A stretch of 64,000 nucleotides of DNA from an uncultured Acidobacteriota bacterium (GCA_963801475.1 CAWDEX010000003.1:11638-75637); one strand, 5' to 3'; positions 26,514 through 37,394 are shown, counted from the first letter of the stretch. Notes: generated from the letters alone by a model not told the origin. Numbers and translations are program-made.

Positions 26514-27194
26514 ATGAACGGACACGAACTTCTCAGCCCGCACGCGACGAAGGCCCTCGAATACGGGATCGCCGTGGCCTACCTGCTTCTCTTCATCCCC
26601 TTCTGGCGCGCGATGAACGCCCCGGCCAAGGCCCGGGCGACGGCGCGCGCCTTCAGCTTCGCCGACCTGTTCCACGTGCCGGACGGCGTCCACCTCCACC
26701 GGGGTCACGCGTGGGCCCGGCCCGAGACGGCCGGCGTGGCGGTCGGCATCGACGACTTCGGCCACGGGCTCGTGGGGCCGATCGACGCCTTCGAGCTCCC
26801 GGCGGTGGGCTGGAGGGTCCAGCAGGGGAACGTCGCCTTCGGCGTGCGCGCCGGCGGCCAGAGCTTCGCTCTGCGCGCCCCGGTCGACGGCACGGTGACC
26901 GAGGTCAATCCGTTGGCCCTCTCCGATCCCGCCGCGCTTCACGGCGACCCGTACGGCGCGGGGTGGCTCTTCAAGGTCCAGCCGAACCGGCTGAGCCGCA
27001 ACATCAGAACGCTCTTTTCGGGCGACAGGGCGCGGAAGTTCCTCGCCGAAGCGGCCGAGGCCCTTCAGATCGCCTTCCGACCCGAAGCCCTCTCGCTGGC
27101 ACAGGACGGCGGCGCTCTCGTTCACGGGATCGCCCGCGAGCTCGACCCGGAGCACTGGGACGACCTGGTCCGGTCGAGCTTCCTGACGCGGTGA
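26514..27194 (+). CDS. Membrane-anchored GcvH-like protein without lipoyl lysine
   Basis: HRGHAWAR, VGIDDFG, APVDGTVTEVNP, DPYGAGWLFKV; the ESVK lipoyl site is replaced by RAGG; N-terminal TM. Confidence 0.88.
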   Translation: MNGHELLSPHATKALEYGIAVAYLLLFIPFWRAMNAPAKARATARAFSFADLFHVPDGVHLHRGHAWARPETAGVAVGIDDFGHGLVGPIDAFELPAVGWRVQQGNVAFGVRAGGQSFALRAPVDGTVTEVNPLALSDPAALHGDPYGAGWLFKVQPNRLSRNIRTLFSGDRARKFLAEAAEALQIAFRPEALSLAQDGGALVHGIARELDPEHWDDLVRSSFLTR

Positions 27195-27210
27195 GGAAAG
27201 GAGATCCGCC

Positions 27211-27945
27211 ATGAACGCCCTCATCGAAATCCTCCAGAACGCCGGGATCTTCCTCGGCGGCCTCGCCATCCGCCTGGCCTTCTTCCTCGCCGTCGTGGCC
27301 GCCGTCGTGACTCCCGTCCTGGCCGCTTTCTACGCGGTCCAGGGGATCATGGCCCTCCGCCGGAAGAGCGAAGGGGTGGAGGTCATCGACGGTATCCGGA
27401 TCCTGCCGCGCCGCCGGTACGCGCCGGGCCACCTCTGGCTCGGACGGCGCCTCCTCGGTGGGCTCCGCGTCGGTCTCGACGACCTTGCCCAGAGGCTCTT
27501 CCCGAACCTCTCGGCCGTGGAGCTGCCCAGACCGGGGCGGCTCCTCCAGAAGGGCGAACCAGCCATCTGCCTCCGCTCCGAAGGGCGCGAAGCGTGGATT
27601 CCGTCGCCGATCAAGGGCTTCGTGGTAGCCGTGAATCACTCCGTCGAACGGAAGCCGGGCTTGCTGAATTCCTCGCCTTACGGCGGCGGCTGGCTCTACG
27701 AGATGCGCCCGGCGACGACCGCCCATCGCGAGTTTCCAACCGGGTCGTCGGCCCGGGCCTGGTTCCGGACCGAGGAGGATCGCCTCCGGATCACGCTCGA
27801 GCACGAGCTCGGCCTCGCGGCGGCGGACGGCGGGCAGCTCATGGAGCAGCCGGCCAACCTCCTTTCGAAGGATCGCTGGGAGGACGTCGTGACGTCGTTC
27901 CTCGGGGCGGTGCCTCGACGGACTCCGACCAGAAACAGAGCGTGA
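27211..27945 (+). CDS. Second membrane-anchored GcvH-like protein without lipoyl lysine
   Basis: YAPGHLWL, RVGLDDLA, SPIKGFVVAVN, SPYGGGWLYEM, AADGG; lipoyl position reads RSEG. Confidence 0.88.
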   Translation: MNALIEILQNAGIFLGGLAIRLAFFLAVVAAVVTPVLAAFYAVQGIMALRRKSEGVEVIDGIRILPRRRYAPGHLWLGRRLLGGLRVGLDDLAQRLFPNLSAVELPRPGRLLQKGEPAICLRSEGREAWIPSPIKGFVVAVNHSVERKPGLLNSSPYGGGWLYEMRPATTAHREFPTGSSARAWFRTEEDRLRITLEHELGLAAADGGQLMEQPANLLSKDRWEDVVTSFLGAVPRRTPTRNRA

Positions 27946-29273
27946 GAGTGGGCGCTCCGGAAAGCGACCACCCCCGGGGCAGGCACTCGATCGTCTTCGA
28001 CCGGCAGCGCTGCGTGGGCTGCGTCGACTGCTGCAAGGCCTGCCCGACCGGGGCCATCCGCGTGCGGGGCGGGTGCGCGGTGGCCGACCCCGAGCTGTGC
28101 ATCGACTGCGGCGAGTGCATCCGCTGGTGCCGGCACGGGGCGGTGCACGCGGCCACCGCCACGTCCGCGGACCTCAGGCGGTTCAAGTACACGGTGGCCC
28201 TGCCCACGCTGACCCTGTACTCCCAGTTCGGCAAGGAGGTGAAGCCGGGCCAGGTGCTGCAGGCTCTCCGCGCCCTGAACTTCGACGACGTCTACGACCT
28301 GTCAGCCATGTGCGACATGCACGCCAGCGCGACCGACGCCTACCTCTCCGAGTGCCGCGGTCCCTGGCCCAAGATCTCGGTGACCTGCCCCGCCATCATC
28401 CGCCTGATTCTCCGCCGCTACCCGGACATGATCGACAACCTGCTACCCATCGAGACCCCGCGGGAGCTGGCCGCCAAGCTGCTGCGCCGCCGGCTGGTGG
28501 CGGAGAAGGGACTCGACCCCGGCGACATCGGCATCTTCCTCATCACCCCCTGCAGCGCCATGCTGCAGTCCATCCATCACCCGGAGACCCTGGAGGCGTC
28601 GTACATGGACGGCGCCTTCTCCATCGTCGAGCTCTACGGTCCTCTGCTCAAGGCCATCAAGGCGGGCGGGCGGGTGGAGAATCCGCCGCCCATCAGCGCG
28701 CGTGGGCTGCTCTGGGCGATGGCGGGAGGGGAGATCGCGGGCCTTCGCAACGCCAACACGATCACGGTGGGAGGAGTCCGCGACGTCCTGCGGGTTTTCG
28801 ACCACATCGAGGAGGGAAAGCTCCAGGCCGTTGACTTCATCGAGGCCTACATCTGCCCGGACGGCTGCATCAGCGGGCAGCTCACGGTGGAGGGCCGCTA
28901 CGCCGCCCGGCGCACCGTGCAGCAAATCGTGCACCGGTCCGGCCACCAAGCGGGAGAAGGGGCGGTGGCGCTCGAAGAGAAGGTGCGCGCGATGCTGCGG
29001 GAGCACTTCTTCGACCTCGAGGAGCACCTGCAGGCCCGTCCGGTGCGCCCGCTGGGTCGCAACCTTCGCGAAGCGGTGGAGCGAAAGCAAGAGGAGGAGA
29101 GGGTGCTGGCGAAGCTGCCGGGCAAGAACTGCGCGGCGTGCGGCGCCCCCGGCTGTGCCACCCACGCCGATGACGTCGTGCGCGGCCAGGCCGCGCTGGA
29201 TGACTGCGTGTTCCTCCGCATTGCCCGCCTGCAGGAGGCGATGGCCGGCACGAAGGAATCCGTCCATGACTAG
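27942..29273 (+). CDS. [FeFe]-hydrogenase large-subunit-like Fe-S protein (probably non-catalytic or sensory)
   Basis: 2x[4Fe-4S] CxxCxxCxxxCP; P1-like SVTCPA, P2-like ITPCSAM (no Lys), P3-like EAYICPDGCISG; C-terminal LPGKNCAACGAPGC..C. Confidence 0.88.
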   Translation: MRVGAPESDHPRGRHSIVFDRQRCVGCVDCCKACPTGAIRVRGGCAVADPELCIDCGECIRWCRHGAVHAATATSADLRRFKYTVALPTLTLYSQFGKEVKPGQVLQALRALNFDDVYDLSAMCDMHASATDAYLSECRGPWPKISVTCPAIIRLILRRYPDMIDNLLPIETPRELAAKLLRRRLVAEKGLDPGDIGIFLITPCSAMLQSIHHPETLEASYMDGAFSIVELYGPLLKAIKAGGRVENPPPISARGLLWAMAGGEIAGLRNANTITVGGVRDVLRVFDHIEEGKLQAVDFIEAYICPDGCISGQLTVEGRYAARRTVQQIVHRSGHQAGEGAVALEEKVRAMLREHFFDLEEHLQARPVRPLGRNLREAVERKQEEERVLAKLPGKNCAACGAPGCATHADDVVRGQAALDDCVFLRIARLQEAMAGTKESVHD

Positions 29274-29667
29274 GCAAATGCTCGTGCTGGACTTGTGCTG
29301 TCCCCAGTGCGGCGCGGCCCTCACGGAGGGCACGCGGGTGCACCTCGACGGCCACGCGCGCCGCACCCACCAGCAGGGGGTGGTCTGGCTGAGCGCCGTC
29401 TTCGGCGAATACGGCGTGGAGGCGGACCTCGCCCTGGAGACTGGGGACGTCGTCGATCTCAGCTGCCCGAGATGCGAGGCCAGCCTGATGCTGCCGCTGG
29501 TCTGCAAGATCTGCGGCGCCGCCATGGCGTCGCTCAACATTGCCAAGGGCGGCTACCTGGAGTTCTGCTCCCGGAGCGGCTGCAAGGCCCACGCCCTCGG
29601 GGGCGCCGGCAACATCGACGACATGATGAGCCTGATGAACCGGATGTTCGAGACGCCCTACGACTAG
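29266..29667 (+). CDS. Cys-rich metal-binding protein (CxxC x3 plus CSRxGC)
   Basis: CPQC..LSAVFGEY..CPRC..CKICGAAM..GGYLEFCSRSGCKAH; AAGGA RBS; embedded in track ORF 28702..29667. Confidence 0.8.
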   Translation: MTRQMLVLDLCCPQCGAALTEGTRVHLDGHARRTHQQGVVWLSAVFGEYGVEADLALETGDVVDLSCPRCEASLMLPLVCKICGAAMASLNIAKGGYLEFCSRSGCKAHALGGAGNIDDMMSLMNRMFETPYD

Positions 29668-29688
29668 AGCGGCCCGGGAGGTCCGTGG

Positions 29689-30168
29689 ATGGAAGTGCAT
29701 CGCGGGTACGACTTCAGGAACCTCCACTACGAGGGTGAGGGCGGCGTCCTGATTCCTCTCCTGCAGAAGGTCCAGACGGAGGACGGCTACATCTCCCGCG
29801 AGCGGATCGCCGAGATCCACATGAAGACCGGGGTGCCCCTCTCGCAGATCTTCGGGGTGGCCACCTTCTACGCGCAGTTTCGGCTTCACCCTGTGGGCCG
29901 CAACATCATCAAGGTCTGCCACGGCACGGCCTGCCACGTGGCGAAGGCCGCCGGAATTTCCAGGGCTCTGGAGGACCAGCTGAAGATCGGAGACGGGGAA
30001 ACCACCCCGGATCGCGAATTCACCCTGGAAACGGTGTCCTGTCTGGGCTGCTGCAGCCTGGCGCCGGTGATCATGGTCAACAAGGACACCCACGGCAATC
30101 TCAAGCCGAGCGACCTCAGGAAGGTGCTCAAGCCCTACCGGGAGAGGCCGGTCCAGGCGGGCTCGTGA
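29689..30168 (+). CDS. nuoE: NuoE/HydC-like [2Fe-2S] subunit (StnA-like)
   Basis: [30 protein letters not shown]. Confidence 0.93.
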   Translation: MEVHRGYDFRNLHYEGEGGVLIPLLQKVQTEDGYISRERIAEIHMKTGVPLSQIFGVATFYAQFRLHPVGRNIIKVCHGTACHVAKAAGISRALEDQLKIGDGETTPDREFTLETVSCLGCCSLAPVIMVNKDTHGNLKPSDLRKVLKPYRERPVQAGS

Positions 30169-31927
30169 GAATCCTGGTGGGACTGGGCACGTGCGGGGTT
30201 GCGGCGGGCGCCGAGGCGACCTACGCCGCCATTCTGGAAAAGACGGAGCCGCGGAGCGGCAGTTACCGCGTGGGGAAGACCGGCTGCGTGGGTATGTGCT
30301 ACCGCGAGCCGCTGGTGGAGCTGCGCGAGGACGACGGGACGCGATGGCAGTACGGGCAGATGACGCCGGACAGGGTCGACCGGCTGCTCGAGGAGCACCT
30401 TGGGAAGGGCAAGCCGATCGAGGAGTGGCTCGTGTGGACCAGCGGCGGCAAGGGCAAGGAGAAGGCCTTTCTCGACCGCCAGCAGCGGATCGTTCTGCGC
30501 AACTGCGGGGTGATCGACCCGGAGAGCCTCGAGGAGTACCTGGAGGTAGGCGGCTACCAGGCCCTCAAGAGAGTTCTCGACCGGAAGGACCCCGACGGCC
30601 TCGTCAAACTGATCATCGAGTCCGGTCTCCGAGGGCGCGGGGGGCGGGCTTCCTCACGGGGATGAAGTGGCGCCTCACCCGGCTGGCCGCGGGCCAGCAG
30701 AAGTACGTGATCTGTAACGCCGACGAGGGCGACCCCGGAGCCTTCATGGATCGTTCCGTCCTGGAGAGCGACCCCCATTCGGTGCTGGAGGGGATGGCCA
30801 TAGCCGGCCACGCCATCGGCTCCAGCCGGGGCTATGTCTACGTGCGCGCCGAGTACCCCATGGCCGTCGATCGGCTGAACATCGCCATCGCCCAGGCGAG
30901 GTCGCGCGGCCTCCTGGGTGACAGCGTTCTCGGCACCGGGTTCGAGTTCCACGTCGAGCTGAAGGAGGGGGCGGGGGCCTTCGTGTGCGGCGAGGAGACC
31001 GCCCTCATCGCCTCGATCGAGGGTCGCCGCGGCATGCCGCGGCTGCGGCCGCCGTTCCCCGCGGTCAAAGGTCTGTGGGATTGCCCCACCAGCATCAACA
31101 ACGTAGAAACCTTCGCCAACGTGCCCTGGATCGTGCTCAACGGAGCGGAAGCGTTCAACCAGCTGGGAACGGCCAACAGCAAGGGCACGAAGGTCTTCGC
31201 CATGGCCGGAAAGATCCGGCGGGGCGGACTGGTGGAGGTCCCCATGGGGATCTCCATCGGCGAGATCGTTCACGATGTCTGCGGGGGTATCAAGGAGGAC
31301 CGAAAGTTCAAGGCCGTGCAGATGGGCGGCCCCTCCGGGGGCTGCATCCCCGCGGAGCTGGAAAACACGGTCATCGACTACGAGTCCATCAACAAGACGG
31401 GCGCCATCATGGGCTCGGGCGGGCTCGTGGTGCTCGACGAGACCACTTGCATGGTGGACGTGGCCCGTTTCTTCCTGGATTTCACCCAGCGTGAGTCCTG
31501 CGGAAAGTGCACGTTCTGCCGGGTCGGCACCAAGCGGATGCTGGAGATCCTCGTCCGGATCACCGAGGGCAAGGGCAAGGAGGGGGACATCGAGAGGCTG
31601 GAGAACCTGGCCTCCCTGGTGAAGAACAACTCGCTGTGCGGCCTGGGCCAGACCGCCCCCAACCCGGTGCTCACCACCCTCAAGTACTTCCGCGCGGAGT
31701 ACGAGGCGCACATCTCCAACCGCAAGTGCCCCGCACATCAGTGCCAGGCTCTTCTCACGTACACCGTCAACGAGAAGTGCAACGGCTGCGGAGTGTGCGG
31801 GCGGGTCTGCTCAGCGAAGGCCATCACCGGTGAGAAACGCAAGCCCCACGTCATCGACCACAGCCGGTGCACCCGCTGCGACGAGTGCTACCGGGCCTGC
31901 CGCTTCGAAGCGATCACGAGGATGTAG
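30165..31927 (+). CDS. nuoF: NuoF/HydB-like FMN/NADH-binding subunit (StnB-like), frameshift in G-run at 30639-30644
   Basis: N-terminal thioredoxin-like [2Fe-2S]; SGLRGRGG|AGF split across frames; [35 protein letters not shown]-terminal 2x[4Fe-4S]. Confidence 0.9.
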
Positions 31928-31931
31928 GGCC

Positions 31932-34900
31932 GTGGAACTCGTCAAGCTTCACATCGACGGCAAGCGGGTCATCGCCGACAACCGCATGACCATTCTCGAA
32001 GTTGCCCGCGAGAACGGGATCACGTCCATTCCCACGCTTTGCCACGACGGGCGCCTCGAGCCCTTCGCCTCCTGCTACCTGTGCGTCGTGAAGGTGCAGG
32101 GGGCGCGCGCCCTGACGCCGGCCTGCTCCACCAAGGTGGCGGCGGGCATGGTGGTGGAGACCTCCAACGCGGAGATCCGGCGTTCGCGCAAAGCAGCCCT
32201 GGAGCTGATGCTCTCGAACCACTACGCGGACTGCATCGGTCCCTGCCAGCTGGCCTGCCCGGCGGGAGTGGACATCCAGGGCTACATCGCCCTGGCCGCC
32301 CTGGACAAGTACCGCGACGCCATCGCCCTCATCAAGGAGCGCAACCCGCTGCCCGCGGTCTGCGGGCGCGTCTGCACCCGTCCCTGCGAAGTCACGGGCT
32401 GCCGGCACTCCCTGCTCGACGAGGCCGTGGGCGTCGATTACATCAAGCGATACCTCTCCGACGCCGACCTGCACGACAAGAGCCCCTGGCGCCCGACCCT
32501 CGCCCCTTCCAACGGCAAGAAGGTCGCGGTGGTGGGGGCCGGCCCGGCCGGGCTTTCCTGCGCCTACTTCCTGGCCCTTCGCGGATACAAGGTCTCGATG
32601 TTCGAGGCTCAGCCCGAGGCCGGGGGGATGCTGCGCTACGGCATCCCCGAGTACCGCCTCCCCAAGGACGTGCTCGACCTGGAGATCAACCAGATCCTCG
32701 ACCTCGGCGTCCAGCTGTCCACCAACGTCCAGCTCGGGCGCGACTTCACGGTCTCCAGCCTGAAGGAGGGCGGCTACGACGCCATCTTCCTGGGGCTGGG
32801 GGCCTGGGACAGCTCCAGGATGCGCGTGCAGGACGAGGACTCCCCGGGCGTACTGGCCGGCATCGACTTCCTCAAGCAGTTCGGCCTCCGGCGCAGGATC
32901 GACATCTACGGCCGGGTGCTGGTGGTGGGCGGCGGAAACACGGCCGTCGACTGCGCGCGCACCGCCCTTCGCCTGGGCGTCGCCGAGGTGCGCATCCTCT
33001 ACCGGCGCACGCGCAGGGAGATGCCCGCGAGCGAGACGGAGATCGTGGAGGCGGAGCGCGAGGGCGTGAAACTGGACTTCCTGGCCGCCCCGGTGAGGGT
33101 GCTGCGCGGGGGGGACGGCCGGGTGGCGGGGGTGGAGTGCATCCGGATGGAACTCGGAGAGCCCGATCAGAGCGGCCGCCGCAGCCCCAGGCCCCTACGC
33201 GGATCCGAATTCCGCCTCGACTGCGACTTTGTGCTCGCCGCCATCGGCCAGGGCACTCGCGTCCAGGAGCTCGTGGACGGGCGGGTGCCCAACTTCCTGC
33301 CCCTGGGCGAGTCGCTGAGCCTCACCCGCTGGCGGACCGTGGAGGTCAACGAGCGCACCTTCGAAACCACGGTGGACGGAGTGTTCTCGGGGGGCGACGT
33401 GGTCACGGGGGCGGCCACCGCCATCGAGGCCATTGCCGCCGGACGCAAGGCCGCCTACGCCATCGACCGCTACGTGGCGACGGGCCGGGCCGAGCCCGAG
33501 CCGGTGGAGGTGTACAGCCGCAAGGACGCCTACCACGAGGTCAAGGTCGACGACCTTCCCCCTGGCTCCACCGGCGGACGACGGAGGATGCCCGTGCTCG
33601 CCCCCGCGGAGCGCGCCCTGAGTTTCGCCGAGGTGGAGACCGGCTACAGCCGCGAGGACCTGCACCGGGAGACGGCGCGCTGCCTGGAGTGCGGCTGCAC
33701 GGCGCTCTTCACCTGCGATCTGCGGCGCTACGCCACCGAGTATGGCGCCGACGTGCAGACGTTCATGGGTGAGGCCGTCGAGCACGCGGTCGACCGGCGC
33801 CACCCGCTGCTGATCCTCGACCCCAACAAGTGCGTGCTGTGCGGCCGCTGCGTTCGCATCTGCAGCGAGCTCGTCGGGGTGGCCGCCTACGGCTTCGTCG
33901 GCCGCGGCTTCAGCACCACGATCAAGCCCTCCCTCGGAGATTCCCTGCTCGACACCGAGTGCGTGAGCTGCGGGCTGTGCATCGGCACGTGCCCCACGGG
34001 GGCCATCGCCGAGAAGCTGCCCCTGACCAAGCCCGGTCCCTGGATGGTTTCCCGCGTGGAGTCGGTGTGCCCTTACTGCAGCGCCGGCTGCCGGGTGAGC
34101 TACGAGGTCTCCGGCACCACGCTGGTGCAGGTCTCGCGCGCGGCTGACGGGGGGGAATCGGCGGCAATCACTGCCGCAAGGGCCGCTTCGGCTACGGCCA
34201 CGTGCAGTCGGCCGATCGCCTGCGTGGGCCGTTGCTGCGTGTCGGACGCGAGCTGCAGGAGACGAGCCTCGACGAAGCCCTGCGCTACTCGAGCATGCGG
34301 CTCAAGGAGCTCACCCGCCGCTACAGCGGCGATCAGGTGGCCGTGTTCGTCTCTCCCCGACTGACCAACGAAGAGATCTACCTCGCCCAGAAGCTGGCCC
34401 GGCTGGCCCTTCGCACGCACAACGTGACCTCGTTGTCCCAGCTCGTCAACCGGGAGCTGCAGGAGCCGGACGTGATTTCCACGGCCTCCTACGCGGACGT
34501 CGGAGACGCCCAGGCGCTGCTCATGGTCAACACGGCCCTCGACGAGGAGGGCTTCGCGGTGGACATCGCCTGCAAGCAGGCCATTCGCAAGGGCGCCCGC
34601 CTCGTCTACGTCGGCCCCGAGGACAACCGCACGTCACGCTTTGCCAAGCTGCACCTGCGCTGTCTGCCCGGCGGTCAGGCCTTTGCCGTCCTCGGCCTGC
34701 TGAAGGACTACGCCGCCCTGCGGCCGGGCGCGCTCGACGGCCAGCCGGATCTGGCCCGGGCGGTGGCTGATCTCTCCGACGAGCGCCTGGAGAAGCTCTC
34801 CGGCGTGGCGCGGACCGACTCGCGCGAGGCGGCCGCCATCCTGGCCGGGACCATCCTCAAGGTGATGCTGTTCAACAAGGACTACCGCGGCTCGCGGCGG

Positions 34901-35758
34901 ACTCATGACGAGCGGCTCTTCGCACAGGCGGCAGCCGCTCTGGGCTGCTCGCTGCTCGCCCTGCGCGAGAAGGCGAACGCCCAGGGGCTGCTCGACATGG
35001 GCGCCGACCCGCGCTGGCTGCCGGGCTACGTCGACCCGGCCGGCGGCGAGGCACTGGAGCAGATGGAGAAAGAGCTGGGGGTGGTCCTGGGCGACCTCCC
35101 GCCCCCCGGCCTGGACGTGGCCCAGCTCCTGCGCGAGAAGAAGATCCGGGGCGCCGTCGTGCTCGGCGAGGACCCGTTGGGTGCTCACGGCTTTCCGCAG
35201 GACCTGCGTGACGGCCTCCTGGCCGCCGACTTCCTGCTCGTGGGCGACCTGTTCCTCACGTCCACGGCCGCCGTCGCCACCGTGGCGTTACCGCTGTCGA
35301 GCACGGCGGAAACGAGCGGCACCATGACCAACGCCGAGCGCCGCGTGCAGGGGCTGCAGCGCGCAGTGCCCCCCGCGGGCGGGATGGAAACCTGGGAGAT
35401 CCTCAGCCAGCTCGGCGGCCTGCTCGGTTACCGGTTCAAGATGAAGTACGGGTCGGTCCAGGACGTGACCGCGGAGATCCGACGGGTCGCGCCGATCTGG
35501 GCGGGGCTCGATCCCGGCTCTGCGGGTGCTATCTGGGACACGACCGGAGTCAAGCCGCCTAGGGTCCCGTTCACCGGGCTCGGGGAGGCGTTCGTCCCGG
35601 TGCCCACTCTCGCGCTCGATACGCTGGAGGACCGCTTCGCGACCTGGTTCGCCAGGATTTTCAAGAAAGCCCGCCGGGATCGGCCCGTCGACCAGCGGTT
35701 CGTCTCGCCGAACAGCCGTGTCGCCGGTTACTCATCCGGCGAATCCGAGAGGGTCTAG
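31932..35758 (+). CDS. Fused [2Fe-2S]-GltD/NfnB-like FAD/NADP domain + 2x[4Fe-4S] + NuoG/Fdh-like domain (StnC-like), frameshift in G-run at 34149-34155
   Basis: IPTLCH..C..C..C; PCQLACP, CGRVC; VVGAGPAG; VVGGGNTAVDCAR; CVLCGRCVRIC; CPYCSAGC..GNHCRKGRFG in the next frame; TNEEIYLAQKLAR..HNVTS lacks the Mo-ligating Cys/Sec. Confidence 0.88.
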
Positions 35759-35830
35759 CGGGTTTCAGACGCCCCGCAGATCCTTCGCGGGATCTGGTGC
35801 CCAAAGGTCCTGGAATCAGAAGCGCTTCCG
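35680..35830 (+). repeat. Dispersed repeat family, degenerate core overlapping the 3' end of the StnC-like gene
   Basis: cggttcgtctcgccgaac..agggtctagcgggtttcagacgccccgc..tcgcggg..aaaggtcctggaatcagaagcgcttccg aligns with 4115-4250. Confidence 0.7.
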
Positions 35831-35915
35831 AGATGCGCGTCGATAGCGACCGCGGTCAGAACGGGAAGCCGACTGTGGCGGGAATGCTGACGAGACTCGT
35901 GCCCTGCACCTTGAA

Positions 35916-36146
35916 TTAGACGGCATCGGTCTCGATGAAGAGCCGGCTCGTGGAAAAGCCGGCCCCGACGTTGTAGGAGATGTTCGAGTCCGTCCGGGTC
36001 ACGGTCCCGACGCTCGGGGTTCCGGACACGTCTGACGATTTGGGAGCGTCCTGGCCGTAGTAGCCAGCTCCCCGGCCGCCGATGCCGAGCCTGAAATCGT
36101 CGGCCAGCGCCGGGCGGGCGAGCGTCAGGACAAGCAGGTCGACCAC
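35916..36146 (-). pseudogene. Fragment of an outer-membrane beta-barrel-like gene
   Basis: Signal-like ARPALA|DDFRLGIGGRGAGY and YNVGAGF; too short for a barrel. Confidence 0.35.
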
Positions 36147-36591
36147 CGCTTTCCGATCTTCATGGCCATCCCGGCTCCGGCCTGAACAGGAAATTCAACG
36201 GCGTGCCGGAAGGGGGAATGCGATCCCGCGAACCGCAGAGGCCGAGGGCGAGCTCGGCATGGGGCGCAATCCGTTTCCGAGAGACCGTCGGGTGAAGGGG
36301 AGAAGTTCTGGCCCGACATGAGGGAAACGGAGAGACTTCTCGTCCCGACGGGCCATGGATCCTAGTCGCCGGCCCGCGCGACGCCCGGCAGGAGCAGGAA
36401 CGCCAGGAGGAGTCGGACCATCAGCCCGGGATCTTGTTCCCAGACACTCTCGCGCCGACGCACCTTCTACGTCGTCGCTGCCATGGGAGCTGCCCGGAAT
36501 TGCGACCCTGCACCGTTCGACCTGACCACGGCGACGCGGGTGCCGGTCGAGGGACTGGGCGGCCGGGCGTCGTTCGCGTAGGCTGAAGGTG

Positions 36592-37095
36592 ATGAGGTGG
36601 TGGCCTGCGGTGGTCGGTGTCCTGCTTCTCCTCCTGGGGCGTCGACTCTACTGGCTGTTCGTTGGCGGAATCGGGTTTGTCGTCGGTCTCTCGCTTGCCA
36701 CCGGATTCACGCACCACAGACCCGACGGGACGGCTCTGCTCATCGGGCTCGGCGCCGGACTCCTTGGCATCGTCCTCGCTCTCGTTCTGCAGCGTCTGGC
36801 CATCGTCGTCGCAGGCTTCCTGGCCGGCGCCTGGCTCAGCCTGGAGGTCGTTCGAGCCGTCGGCGCTCCGATGGCCGGGACGCCGTGGATTCCGGCATTC
36901 GTCGGCGGGGTGGTCTGCGCCATCCTTGCGGCGGCCCTCTTCGACGCCGTCCTCGTCATTCTCTCCTCGCTCGTGGGAGCCTTGCTCCTTGCGGATCTTC
37001 TCGGCGGCAGTCCCCTGATGCGGGCGGTCGTCTTCATCCTGCTGGTTCTCCTTGGCGTCGCGGTCCAGACGCGGCGAAAGCACCGGGAGGCATGA
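36592..37095 (+). CDS. DUF4203-like multi-pass membrane protein
   Basis: LLLLGRRLYWLFVGGIGF..AGFLAG..SSLVGA..LGVAVQ. Confidence 0.82.
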   Translation: MRWWPAVVGVLLLLLGRRLYWLFVGGIGFVVGLSLATGFTHHRPDGTALLIGLGAGLLGIVLALVLQRLAIVVAGFLAGAWLSLEVVRAVGAPMAGTPWIPAFVGGVVCAILAAALFDAVLVILSSLVGALLLADLLGGSPLMRAVVFILLVLLGVAVQTRRKHREA

Positions 37096-37394
37096 GGCTC
37101 AACCCCGTCTCGGGGGCCAGCCCTCCGTCTCGTCAGCCCGGGGGCGAACTTGTGAAGAGCTACCGGAGAGGTTGCGCTTCGAAGGACGATCTTCCGGTGT
37201 TCCGGCCTCCTTGCGAGATGAGTGTCGAAGGACCTGGCGACTCCCGGCAGACAACCGGATTCAGGCTCGGGCTGATCACTTCAGCTCTTTCCGTCCCAGC
37301 CGCCGTCGGGCTTCCGTGGCGATGCCCTGCAGGATCGTCAGATGGTTTTGACTGGCAGGGTCGGACTGTTCGGGCCGCTTGCCCGTCAATTCCC

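Noticed and set aside
34202-35758. Active formate dehydrogenase alpha subunit
   Set aside because: No Cys/Sec-His ligand motif after HNV and no evident C-terminal molybdopterin-dinucleotide domain.
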